64,000 nucleotides of DNA, taken from contig CAWDFP010000006.1 of assembly GCA_963801605.1 (NCBI GenBank), forward strand, positions 192,879 to 256,878. Reading direction: 5' to 3'. This document shows, piece after piece, positions 48,747 through 58,045 of the stretch. This stretch comes from an uncultured candidate division Zixibacteria bacterium (lineage in GTDB: Bacteria; Zixibacteria; MSB-5A5; UBA10806). A model generated the notes under the pieces. It was not told the DNA's origin. It searched no databases and saw nothing but the letters and a program-made list of their open reading frames with translations. Position 1 is the stretch's first letter, and every line of letters begins with the position of its first letter. The position numbers and the translations under genes were made by a program.

Positions 48747-51452
48747 ATGAATAATCAATTTAGCAGCAATGATAAGATTTTAAGGAATGTGGGAATCCTT
48801 ATTGGGGCACTTAGCTTTATTATTCCTTTTATAATTTATTTTAAAACCATGGCCGCCACGCTGTCGTTTTGGGATTGCGGCGAATTTATCGCTTGCGCCA
48901 AAACATTAGGCGTCCCTCATCCGCCCGGCACTCCTTTCTTCGTTATACTTGGCAGATTATTTATCATGCTGAACATGTTTTCAAATATTGCCCAGCGAAC
49001 CAATTTTATGTCGGTTCTAAGTTCGGCTCTCACGGTTTGGGTATGCTATTTAATAGTAGTTCGCGTTTCGCAACGATTGCCTTTTGTCTCCAGCGGCCCG
49101 GCTTTATTGGGTCAAATAGGCATCAGGATCGGAGCGCTTTCATCAGCACTTTTGTTGACTTTCTCCAGCACATATTGGTTCAGCGCCGTTGAAACTGAGG
49201 TGTATGGCGTTACAATGATAGTCATGATGCTGATCGTATATTTGACTATCAGATGGGCAGATGAGAAGGAAAAAGGCGGAAATGACAGGTTATTAGTCCT
49301 TATCGCATATTTACTATTCCTTTCGGTCGGTATTCACCTGACAGTCTTCTTGCTCACGCCGGCATTGTTCCTGTTTTTTATAATTGTCGATAAAGAGAAG
49401 CTTAAAGATCCGTTATTCTGGGCTACCTGGGCAATTTTCTTCTCGCTGGCCGTACCAGTCTATTTTATGATCGGCATGGTGATTTCCTGGGTGGACGATA
49501 AATCCTACTGGATCTGGGTAGCCTTAATGATTCTCGGAACCATCTTTACCGGATATATGGCTAATCGTCAAAGAGTTAGCGGGCGTCATGGCAGAGCTAA
49601 TTATTCGCTGGCATTTGCCCTTTTTATAGCCGGCGTGGTTGGCTATTCGACTCACCTGTATATTCCCATCAGAGCGGCGCAGCATCCCTCGATAAACGAA
49701 AATGACCCCACAAATTTCAGCCGTTTTGAATCTTATGTTGAACGTAAACAATACGGTCAGGAATCGATGATCACGCGGATGCTTTACCGGCGCGCATCCT
49801 TATCGCACCAGTTTGGACGATACCAAAACATGGGATTTGGCGGGTATTTCTGGGGTCAATACACTTCTATCAACTGGACCGGGCAAACGGACGATACAAA
49901 GGGCCTTGCTTTGGCAACCACTATTAATTTGGCAATTTTCGCCTTTGGCATCCTCGGTACAATGGTAGGACTCTATTATGCCCTTAAGAAATACCGAGCG
50001 CATCCCATGTTACTTCTGTTTATGATATTTATTATCAGTTCGCTGTTGTTAATTTTGTACCTTAATTTTTCCGATGGCACCAAGCCCGACCCCAACAATC
50101 CGGGAGAATTGATACCGCTGGAGGTCAGAGAAAGAGATTATTTCTACACTCCGGCGTTTGTAGTATTTGCGACCATGATCGGGGTGGGTATGGCGGCAGT
50201 TATGTACTTTTTGGGAGAAAAACTGAAATATACCCATGATCAGCGCAATAATTTATTCAGATATATTGGATTTGGTGTAGCCAGCGTTCTTTTACTTGTT
50301 ATGCCGTTGAATGCGGGTTTCGCCAATTATCATACCCATGATCGTTCCGAGGACTTTGCGCCCGCCGATTATGCCTGGAACATACTGCAATCGTGTAAAC
50401 CCAATTCGATCATTTTTACCAACGGCGACAACGATACCTTTCCTCTTTGGTATCTGCAGGAAGTCGAGAATGTTCGTAAGGATGTTCGGGTGGTGAATCT
50501 GAGTCTTCTTAATACCGATTGGTATATTCTTCAGCTCAAGCACCAGATGGGCATTAAGATGAATTTAGATGACGACCAGATATCCTGGATACCCGCTGCC
50601 AGACGAGGCTCGATCATTTACTATAGGCCGGCCAAGAAGTTTAATGATACCATCAGAAAACAAATGCGCTATCTCACCGCCGAACAGGACCCGCGGACCG
50701 GCCAGATTATCAGGGTACAGGATCAAATGATCGAACAGATAGCGATTTCCAATATTAACGATGTCCCGATTTATTTCTCGAGTTCGGTGCCAACATCCAA
50801 CCGTTGGACTCTCGACAGCCGCCTTATTCGCATGGGAATCGTCATGCAGGTCGACCCGGATACAAGCAAACCACGTCTCGATTTGCCGGTGGCCGATTCA
50901 TTGGTGACCAAGGTATATCATTATCGAGAGCTTGACGATATCCATAGCTATAAAGATGAGAATAATGTCGGTTTGACGACGACCTTCCCGGAAAGATTCT
51001 CCGAGCTTGCCGATGCATACAAAGCCAAAGGCGATACAGCCATGGCTATAAGCCGTCTCTGGATGGGCATTAAGCTGATTCCTTACTACCATCAGAACTA
51101 TATGGATCTAGAGGATACGTATAATCAGATGGGCAATAAGGCTATGGCAGATTCGGTCAAATCGCTGGGCATTAAAAACCTGAAAGCCGTATGCGAAGAG
51201 TGGCCGGATATTATATTGTACCATCAATTCCTGGGAGTATTTTATTATCATAATAATATGCTACCAGAAGCTCTGGAAAAATATCGGATCGCGTATGGGC
51301 TTCAACCCGATAACGCCATAGCTTTCAGGCTTTATCGCGACCTGACAGCCCGTATGGGAAACATGCAAATGGCCCAAGCTTTGATGGTCGATTGGACAAG
51401 ACGTCATCCGGAAGATTTGGAAATTCAAAATCAGTTAAACAGGATGAGATAA
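48747..51452 (+). CDS. DUF2723-family polytopic membrane protein (glycosyltransferase-like) with C-terminal TPR region
   Basis: ..LSFWDCGEFIACAKTLGVPHPPGTPFFVILGRLF.. is the DUF2723 signature as I recall it. About 12 TM helices. Confidence 0.8.
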   Translation: MNNQFSSNDKILRNVGILIGALSFIIPFIIYFKTMAATLSFWDCGEFIACAKTLGVPHPPGTPFFVILGRLFIMLNMFSNIAQRTNFMSVLSSALTVWVCYLIVVRVSQRLPFVSSGPALLGQIGIRIGALSSALLLTFSSTYWFSAVETEVYGVTMIVMMLIVYLTIRWADEKEKGGNDRLLVLIAYLLFLSVGIHLTVFLLTPALFLFFIIVDKEKLKDPLFWATWAIFFSLAVPVYFMIGMVISWVDDKSYWIWVALMILGTIFTGYMANRQRVSGRHGRANYSLAFALFIAGVVGYSTHLYIPIRAAQHPSINENDPTNFSRFESYVERKQYGQESMITRMLYRRASLSHQFGRYQNMGFGGYFWGQYTSINWTGQTDDTKGLALATTINLAIFAFGILGTMVGLYYALKKYRAHPMLLLFMIFIISSLLLILYLNFSDGTKPDPNNPGELIPLEVRERDYFYTPAFVVFATMIGVGMAAVMYFLGEKLKYTHDQRNNLFRYIGFGVASVLLLVMPLNAGFANYHTHDRSEDFAPADYAWNILQSCKPNSIIFTNGDNDTFPLWYLQEVENVRKDVRVVNLSLLNTDWYILQLKHQMGIKMNLDDDQISWIPAARRGSIIYYRPAKKFNDTIRKQMRYLTAEQDPRTGQIIRVQDQMIEQIAISNINDVPIYFSSSVPTSNRWTLDSRLIRMGIVMQVDPDTSKPRLDLPVADSLVTKVYHYRELDDIHSYKDENNVGLTTTFPERFSELADAYKAKGDTAMAISRLWMGIKLIPYYHQNYMDLEDTYNQMGNKAMADSVKSLGIKNLKAVCEEWPDIILYHQFLGVFYYHNNMLPEALEKYRIAYGLQPDNAIAFRLYRDLTARMGNMQMAQALMVDWTRRHPEDLEIQNQLNRMR

Positions 51453-51485
51453 TAGAATTTCAATTTAGAGATCATAGATTCTTCT

Positions 51486-51520
51486 GGCGGTCGGGTTACT
51501 ATTAGCCCGACCGCTTTCTT
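51486..51520 (+). terminator. intrinsic terminator
   Basis: Hairpin GCGGTCGGG-ttactattag-CCCGACCGC followed by TTTCTTT. Confidence 0.65.
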
Positions 51521-51666
51521 TAGCGGCCAAATTTTTGATATCAATCATTGCCGAAAATAAACCATATCGACATGCAAAATTAAAATTCGTTCAGGACTGG
51601 AACCAAAATTGATAATCAAAAACAAAAAAATTGACAATGAGAGCCAGCCGCTCCTAAGAATGATTT

Positions 51667-52092
51667 ATGGAAATTGATGTTAATCAGACCCTGCTAATTG
51701 TGGTAGGCATGGATATCGAGCCGGAGGAAGCCGACAGGCCGTTAGCCTATACGCTTAAAAAAGCGATTGAATCATCAACTTACTTTGGCGGCCATCCCTT
51801 TAGAAAATGCCTGGTAATATCTGATGCTTTATACGAGCACGACAAATTGATTCAGGTTTGCCCAACAATTGTCATTGGCGGACCGGGGGTTAATTTGGTG
51901 GCGGGAACGATGGTGGAAAAGCTTCCCGTTTATCTATCAAAGGACAATCGATACTTCATTCAGCTCGATAAGGATTTTACCGATCAGAAAATATCTATCT
52001 GGGGCCTGGACAGAGACTCAACATCAGAGGCCATTGATATGTTTATTGCCAACGGGATATTGGATGATTTCCTTAAGACGATTTGGGGATAA
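51667..52092 (+). CDS. hypothetical protein (141 aa)
   Basis: Isolated ORF with no recognisable motif. Confidence 0.5.
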   Translation: MEIDVNQTLLIVVGMDIEPEEADRPLAYTLKKAIESSTYFGGHPFRKCLVISDALYEHDKLIQVCPTIVIGGPGVNLVAGTMVEKLPVYLSKDNRYFIQLDKDFTDQKISIWGLDRDSTSEAIDMFIANGILDDFLKTIWG

Positions 52093-52132
52093 GTCAGGGT
52101 GCCATAAAGGACTCTTGTTGCCCGGCAAATCA

Positions 52133-54154
52133 TCACCAGCTATAGCCGATATCAAGATAAAATAGATCGAGCCCCGTGCTGGTTCGTCCATACCAGGTTT
52201 CAACCGGCCCGATGGGGGTTTTAAGGCCGATTCCCACTCCACCTCCGTGAATAATCTTTGAGAGGCGAACTCTTTCGAGATTATCCCAGATATTTCCGGC
52301 ATTGTAGCGGGCCAGAACAAAGAAGCGGTCTCCAATTTTTTGCCGAAGCTCCAGCGAACCAACCACCAGCTTATCTCCCAGAACCTCATCCTGATAAAGC
52401 CCCAGAAAACTCTCCTGCCCTCCCAATGAGAACTCATCAAAAAACGGCATAAAATCGCTGGAAGCTCCCAGCGATATTTTGGGATGGAAGTTCAGCCTTT
52501 TGGTAATTTTATAATAGGCCTCAAGCGTTGTCTCAAAACGAGTATAGGCGGTTTTATCGTTACGCAGGTCGCTGGCAATTTGCAGGTTGAAATAATGATA
52601 TTTCCCCGTTTGGGGAAAGCTGATGGCATCACGGGTATCCACTATCGATTCAAACCCGACGCTCAGCTTGGTGAATTTCCCCCGTACGATCTTTCCCGGC
52701 TCGTCCCAATCGATCTGGCGCAACTGTCCCACAATAGAAATCATTCCAAGCTGCGGAAATTGCCGTCCCGGAGCCATTTTGATTCCATAAGAGTTCTGCT
52801 TGGAGTAGCCGTCATATTTATGTGCTACATATCTGTTGCGCTTGAATTCGGTATAGTCAACTGAGAATGAATTGGTAAAAAGGGTTTGGAGAATTCTATC
52901 GGATCGGAAATTCGCCGAAATCGATCTTTTTTTCTCGCCAATATTGGCCGAAAGGTAAGCCTCCTGCCCGCCGCCAATAATATTATCAGCTACAAAATCA
53001 ACAAAAGCCTGGGCGTTATATTCGAGATCATATCGAGCACCGCCGCGAATAAAGTTATAGGGCTTCTCCCTTACCTTGAGCTCCAGGGTGATACCGGTTG
53101 TATCGGGGACAGCCACCATCTTGACAGTTTCGAAAAGGCCGGTTCCGTAAAGCTCGTCAACCATTTTTTCACCCTTGCTCTGACGAAAAACATCGCCGGG
53201 CTTAAAATGCAAATGACGGCTAATAACCCAGTTTCTGGTTTTCTCATTTCCCTCGATAACAATGCGGTTGATCTGACCTTCGTCTATCTTAAATGCAAGA
53301 ACGCCCGCTAAGGAGTCGAACACCGGATTAACTCTGACGAGAGTAAAATCTGATTTAAGATAGTGATCCTCAATAGCCCTTTTGTCGCTTTCCAATTTAT
53401 TGGTATTGAGAACTGCTCCGGGTCGGCTGGTTACAAGACCATAAAGCTGATCTGGTGTAAAGGTATGAGCGCCCATAAAGGAAACGGATTTAATCCTGGG
53501 ATAATCCCGTAAATGATAATTGAGCACGGCGCCGGATGAATCGGATTCTATCTCGGCCCAGGCGCTTTGAAGGTAGCCTGACGCGCAGGCCTTTTCGAGA
53601 TTTGATTTAATCTCGTCCTGCGATAGCCTCGCTGAATCGGTAAACGTGGCATCGAAAAATGTCTTGGGCAATGATGTAAGATCGTAAATGCCTGTTTTGG
53701 AGATATTATAAAAAGGTTCGTTAATTTGAACAACGCTTTTACTCGTAAGAAGCTCTTTTATGGCGGGAATGGCGGCCTCGGCCGTTCGTTCTCCGATTGT
53801 TATCAAGCTGTCGATATGCGCAAAATCCGTGGCGGCGTAGCCTCGAAGATCCGGAGCAATAGATAGATCGGCCATGGCAAGCGAGACGCGCTTCTTGTCC
53901 ATCGCCATGATCGTTGTCGTCTGATCGGCGATACCGACAATATCATTGATTTGCGTTTGAGGCAGCAGATCTGACGAGACATTGATCGCAACCACCGGAT
54001 GTCCTCCGGTCTCGATAGCGATATCGACAGGAATTGGATCAACCAGGCCGCCATCAACTAATAATCGTCCGCTGATTTCGGCCGGCGTAAAGGCAACCGG
54101 TACCGCCATACTGGCGCGAAGAGCCTCGCTGAGGCTTCCAGATGACAGAACCAC
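52133..54154 (-). CDS. patatin-POTRA-Omp85 protein (PlpD-like), C-terminal fragment
   Basis: End of the patatin domain (ASMAVPVAFTP...VDGGLVDPIPV), a POTRA-like region, and an Omp85 barrel ending ..FYLDIGYSW. Confidence 0.8.
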   Translation of the reverse strand: MVLSSGSLSEALRASMAVPVAFTPAEISGRLLVDGGLVDPIPVDIAIETGGHPVVAINVSSDLLPQTQINDIVGIADQTTTIMAMDKKRVSLAMADLSIAPDLRGYAATDFAHIDSLITIGERTAEAAIPAIKELLTSKSVVQINEPFYNISKTGIYDLTSLPKTFFDATFTDSARLSQDEIKSNLEKACASGYLQSAWAEIESDSSGAVLNYHLRDYPRIKSVSFMGAHTFTPDQLYGLVTSRPGAVLNTNKLESDKRAIEDHYLKSDFTLVRVNPVFDSLAGVLAFKIDEGQINRIVIEGNEKTRNWVISRHLHFKPGDVFRQSKGEKMVDELYGTGLFETVKMVAVPDTTGITLELKVREKPYNFIRGGARYDLEYNAQAFVDFVADNIIGGGQEAYLSANIGEKKRSISANFRSDRILQTLFTNSFSVDYTEFKRNRYVAHKYDGYSKQNSYGIKMAPGRQFPQLGMISIVGQLRQIDWDEPGKIVRGKFTKLSVGFESIVDTRDAISFPQTGKYHYFNLQIASDLRNDKTAYTRFETTLEAYYKITKRLNFHPKISLGASSDFMPFFDEFSLGGQESFLGLYQDEVLGDKLVVGSLELRQKIGDRFFVLARYNAGNIWDNLERVRLSKIIHGGGVGIGLKTPIGPVETWYGRTSTGLDLFYLDIGYSW

Positions 54155-54173
54155 TTTCTCCCCCGTCAGAAGA

Positions 54174-54743
54174 TCAGTGCAGACTCACGCGCAAGGGGGG
54201 ATTTAGATAATCAAAACTTATGCTGGAACGGATACCTCCGCGCGCAGTTAACCTTTCTAAAAGCTGGCTTAGTTTTTGAGCGGATGTAATCGCTTGCGGA
54301 ATGACCGGTTTCCAGTTCTGAAAGCGAAGGTTGAAGAGGCTTTTTTCCGCCTGGCCCTTTTGAGTGGTAAGCAAAGTTTTCCTTGTTGGGCTGGGAGATA
54401 GAATTTCTCCCCAATTTACCTGATAGGCGATTTGTTCAATCTCCTCCGGCGAGTAACCGCAGGCATATAAGCCGGTAACAATGCTGCCTATAGAGACACC
54501 CGCTACGCATTTTATTCTGATATGCTCCCGTTCCAGTACTTTCAAAATGCCGATTACCGCCAATCCGCGGGCGCCGCCGCCAGAGACTGCCAGACTAATG
54601 CCCGGACTGGAGGAATAAACCTGATGCGATTCCGCTGGACTGGAATCGGGTTTTATGATTATCTTGCCGGTAGTGTAATTTTCGGCAATAGCCACCGAGG
54701 CCAGGCAGATAGATATAGAAACGGCCCAAAATGCTCGCATCAT
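54174..54743 (-). CDS. patatin-POTRA-Omp85 protein (PlpD-like), N-terminal fragment
   Basis: Signal peptide, patatin GGGARG oxyanion motif and GVSIGS nucleophile elbow. A 1-nt shift near 54185 joins ..NPPLRV to VCTDLLTGEKVVL. Confidence 0.8.
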   Translation of the reverse strand: MMRAFWAVSISICLASVAIAENYTTGKIIIKPDSSPAESHQVYSSSPGISLAVSGGGARGLAVIGILKVLEREHIRIKCVAGVSIGSIVTGLYACGYSPEEIEQIAYQVNWGEILSPSPTRKTLLTTQKGQAEKSLFNLRFQNWKPVIPQAITSAQKLSQLLERLTARGGIRSSISFDYLNPPLRVSLH

Positions 54744-54783
54744 AAATAGGATATTAGCTCTTAAGGAGCCTTAAAGCAAGCGG

Positions 54784-55551
54784 ATGAATCAAAATGAAAT
54801 AAAAAAAGTCAGCTCACTGGCCCACGGAAAATACCGCAAGGAATACGGTTTGTTTCTTGCCGAAGGGATTCACGTAATCGAGGAATTACTTAAATCGAGC
54901 TGGGAAATCCAGGTAATTATAGTGAGCCATGAAGCCGCCGATTCGGGCGATCTTAATTCCTTAATCGATACCGCCTCAAGACATAGAATGCCGATTGAGA
55001 CCGTCAACCGGATAATTTTCGACAAGATGGCTACCACAGATACGCCTCAAGGGATATTGGCGGTTATTAAAATCCCTCGTAACGATCCTGGCGCTCTTAT
55101 TCCCAAAAATAGAATCCTGATTGCCGATGGGGTATCGGACCCGGGCAATCTTGGTACCATGATCAGAACTGCGGCGGCATTCGGATTTGGAGGGTTTGTA
55201 ACCACACCCGGTTCGGCCGATATTTTTAATCCTAAAACTGTTCGGGCTGCTCAGGGGGCATTGTTTCATCTAACGGTCGCCAATCATCTTGGCCATGAAG
55301 ATATCGCTGGAAAACTCAAAATGTCGCATAAGATTTATGCACTCTCCGCCGAGGCCACCATCGACCTGAAAAGCGTAAAACCTGCTATCAAATCTGCTCT
55401 TGTGGTAGGAGCGGAAATTTCGGGAGTAAGCCGAGAAATTTCAAAGATGGCCGATCAAATTCTACGAATACCGATGAGTGGGCGGGTGGAATCGCTTAAT
55501 GCTGCCGTAGCGGCCGGAATCGCCATGTACGAGTTTGTAAGACGGGGATAA
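54784..55551 (+). CDS. TrmH/SpoU-family RNA 2'-O-methyltransferase
   Basis: ..DGVSDPGNLGTMIRTAAAFG.. and ..IPMSGRVESLNAAVAAGIAMYE.. Confidence 0.85.
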   Translation: MNQNEIKKVSSLAHGKYRKEYGLFLAEGIHVIEELLKSSWEIQVIIVSHEAADSGDLNSLIDTASRHRMPIETVNRIIFDKMATTDTPQGILAVIKIPRNDPGALIPKNRILIADGVSDPGNLGTMIRTAAAFGFGGFVTTPGSADIFNPKTVRAAQGALFHLTVANHLGHEDIAGKLKMSHKIYALSAEATIDLKSVKPAIKSALVVGAEISGVSREISKMADQILRIPMSGRVESLNAAVAAGIAMYEFVRRG

Positions 55552-55702
55552 AGCCGAATTCTTATAAGGCAATTTGAATCGGGGACCAGCGCTACTCTCC
55601 TTTTCGCATATTTGGCTTAGTTTTTCGGCTTGAGTTGCCCACGAGGCTTAAAATAATTATACTTGGCCAGGCAGTATAATTCGAAAAGGGACAGGAGGAA
55701 AC

Positions 55703-56896
55703 GTGTTACCGTTTGATTTTAATCTTCCAACAAAAATCTACTTTGGGCCCGGCAAAATTAATAATGTGGGGAAATATCTTCAGCCGATTGGAAAAAAGGC
55801 ATTGATTGTAACCGGCCAGGGCTCCATGAGAAGACTTGGCATTATAGATAAAGTATCGGATCTATTAAAAAAATCGAATATAGGTTCGGTCGTATTCGAG
55901 GGGATTGAGCCCAATCCCAGGCATACCACTTGCGATAGGGCCGCGGCCCTGGCGCGCGAAAATGGATGCGATATGATTATCGGACTCGGCGGCGGATCGG
56001 TTATGGATGCTACCAAAGGAATTGCTGTTTCCGCCAAAACAGGTTACTCGATTTGGGATTATGTCTATACTGTCCCGAGCCAGCCCAAGAAAAAGATTAC
56101 CGAAGCTTTGCCTATCATCTGTATCCCTACGGTGGCGGCCACTGGCAGCGAGGCCGATTCGGGTGGTGTCATTACCAATTGGGAAACCCATGAGAAAACC
56201 GGTATCTGGGGAACAGCCCTATTTCCAACCGCATCAATAGTAGATCCGGAGCTTACATTCTCCTGCCCGCCGGACTATACAGCCGATGGCGGAGTGGATA
56301 TCATCTCGCATGTTATCGAGAGTTATTTTACCGGGACATCAGAGGCTTACTTGCAGGATCGATTTTCGGAATCCGTTATCAGGACTGTCATTAAATATCT
56401 TCCGAGAGCGATGCGTAACGGCAACGATCTTGAAGCGCGAACGCATCTTTCGTGGAGTTCAACCGTGGCGCTTTCGGGTTTTATTAACTCCGGCCGCGGC
56501 GGATCGTTTCCGCTGCATGCGCTTGAGCATGTGATCAGCGCGCATTATGATATCAGCCATGGACGGGGCCTGGCGTTGCTTCTCCCCGCTTTGATGGATT
56601 ACACCATGCCGGCCCGTCCGGATAAGTTCGTAGAACTTGGCCAGAATGTATTTGGTCTATCGTTCGACACGGAGGATGTAACACACGCCGCCCAACTCAG
56701 TATCGATGCTATGAAAGGATGGCTGGCATCGATAGGACGATTGTTGACTTTTACCGATCTTGGCATTGACGATTCCAAATTCGAGATAATGGCCGATGAG
56801 CTGGTTCGTCTCAATATGCAAACCCAGCCTCATATTACAAACCCCAAACCGATAGACAGGGCTGGTGTGATCTCAATTTTCAAGATGACGAAGTAA
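55703..56896 (+). CDS. iron-containing (group III) alcohol dehydrogenase
   Basis: AGGAGG SD plus a GTG start. GLGGGSVMDATKG and the downstream His-rich metal-site region. Confidence 0.9.
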   Translation: MLPFDFNLPTKIYFGPGKINNVGKYLQPIGKKALIVTGQGSMRRLGIIDKVSDLLKKSNIGSVVFEGIEPNPRHTTCDRAAALARENGCDMIIGLGGGSVMDATKGIAVSAKTGYSIWDYVYTVPSQPKKKITEALPIICIPTVAATGSEADSGGVITNWETHEKTGIWGTALFPTASIVDPELTFSCPPDYTADGGVDIISHVIESYFTGTSEAYLQDRFSESVIRTVIKYLPRAMRNGNDLEARTHLSWSSTVALSGFINSGRGGSFPLHALEHVISAHYDISHGRGLALLLPALMDYTMPARPDKFVELGQNVFGLSFDTEDVTHAAQLSIDAMKGWLASIGRLLTFTDLGIDDSKFEIMADELVRLNMQTQPHITNPKPIDRAGVISIFKMTK

Positions 56897-57019
56897 ATTA
56901 CGAGGTATGGGTTAAGAGTTTTTAATTGAGCCAATCAAAGGTATTAACCATATACTTAAATATAAAAAGCCGTCAGGTGTTAAAACCTGACGGCACTTTA
57001 TTTTTGCTCCAAGAATATT

Positions 57020-58045
57020 TTATTTTAACAAAAGCATCCGCGTTGAAACACTCTTATCGCCGGATTGCAGACGGCAGAGATAAACGCCGGAGGCAAATTT
57101 ACCCGCATTCCAGGTGACAGAATGAGTGCCGGCATCAAGGGGGCCGCTTAGAAGCGTAGCTACCTTGCGGCCCAATAGATCGTAGATCGACAGATTTATA
57201 TCAGATTGGGCGGTAATCGAAAAGGAAATCGACGTCTCGGCGTTGAAGGGATTGGGATAATTCTGATGCAATGCAAATGCGCTGGGAATTTCCCCGTTTT
57301 CCGGTACGCTCTCGCTGGTGGTATCAATTATAGCCAGGGTGGCAACGGAAGCGGTAGCGGCTTTGACATAATTTGTAAATAACAGCGTATCGATATGAGT
57401 CATGTTGTCGTTAGTGGTATGATAGTAAGGATTGAAATCATTTCCAAAATCCTCGATCCCCAGCATGGCCGGATAATTGTAATCCCAGAACGAGGCGTGG
57501 TCGCTGCGATCGGTGGAATTCCAAGTCAGTATTTCAGGAGAGAGCGATATACCGTAATCATTGACTACGCCCTGGAATAAATTGCCGAGTGTCAGTGACG
57601 ATGGCATGGTACCGCAATGCAGCTCAATCGAATTATCGTTGTTACCGTCAAATGCAATCATGTCATAATTGAAGACTCCCATTATGGAATCGCCTCTGGC
57701 AGCGACGTCGGCTGCATATTGAGCCGAACCAAATAATCCCTGCTCTTCGCCGGTCCATAGACAAAACTTGACCGTCTTCTTAAAATCCTTTTGAGCCAAA
57801 ACTCTGGCGGCCTCTATAACACCGGTCGCGCCGGAGCCGTTATCGTCGGAACCGGGCGCCTGATTGAGAGGCAACTCAGAGGTATCATCGAAATGGCCGC
57901 AGATGATAACCTGCTGGTTAGGTTCTGTAGTGCCAAGTTTGGTTGCCACGACGTTGCGCCATGAGGTTTCAACACCGCCAGCCTGGCTAAACCAGGTTGC
58001 TCCGCCATCGGTAGTCTTTGGTGACTGTAAGATCGCCCACAGCAT
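57020..58045 (-). CDS. M28 peptidase with T9SS CTD, C-terminal fragment
   Basis: RNVVATKLGTTEPNQQVIICGHFDDTS, ..DDNGSGATGVIE.., ..WTGEEQGLFGS.., and CTD ALHQNYPNPFNAETSI...TRMLLLK. Confidence 0.85.
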   Translation of the reverse strand: MLWAILQSPKTTDGGATWFSQAGGVETSWRNVVATKLGTTEPNQQVIICGHFDDTSELPLNQAPGSDDNGSGATGVIEAARVLAQKDFKKTVKFCLWTGEEQGLFGSAQYAADVAARGDSIMGVFNYDMIAFDGNNDNSIELHCGTMPSSLTLGNLFQGVVNDYGISLSPEILTWNSTDRSDHASFWDYNYPAMLGIEDFGNDFNPYYHTTNDNMTHIDTLLFTNYVKAATASVATLAIIDTTSESVPENGEIPSAFALHQNYPNPFNAETSISFSITAQSDINLSIYDLLGRKVATLLSGPLDAGTHSVTWNAGKFASGVYLCRLQSGDKSVSTRMLLLK

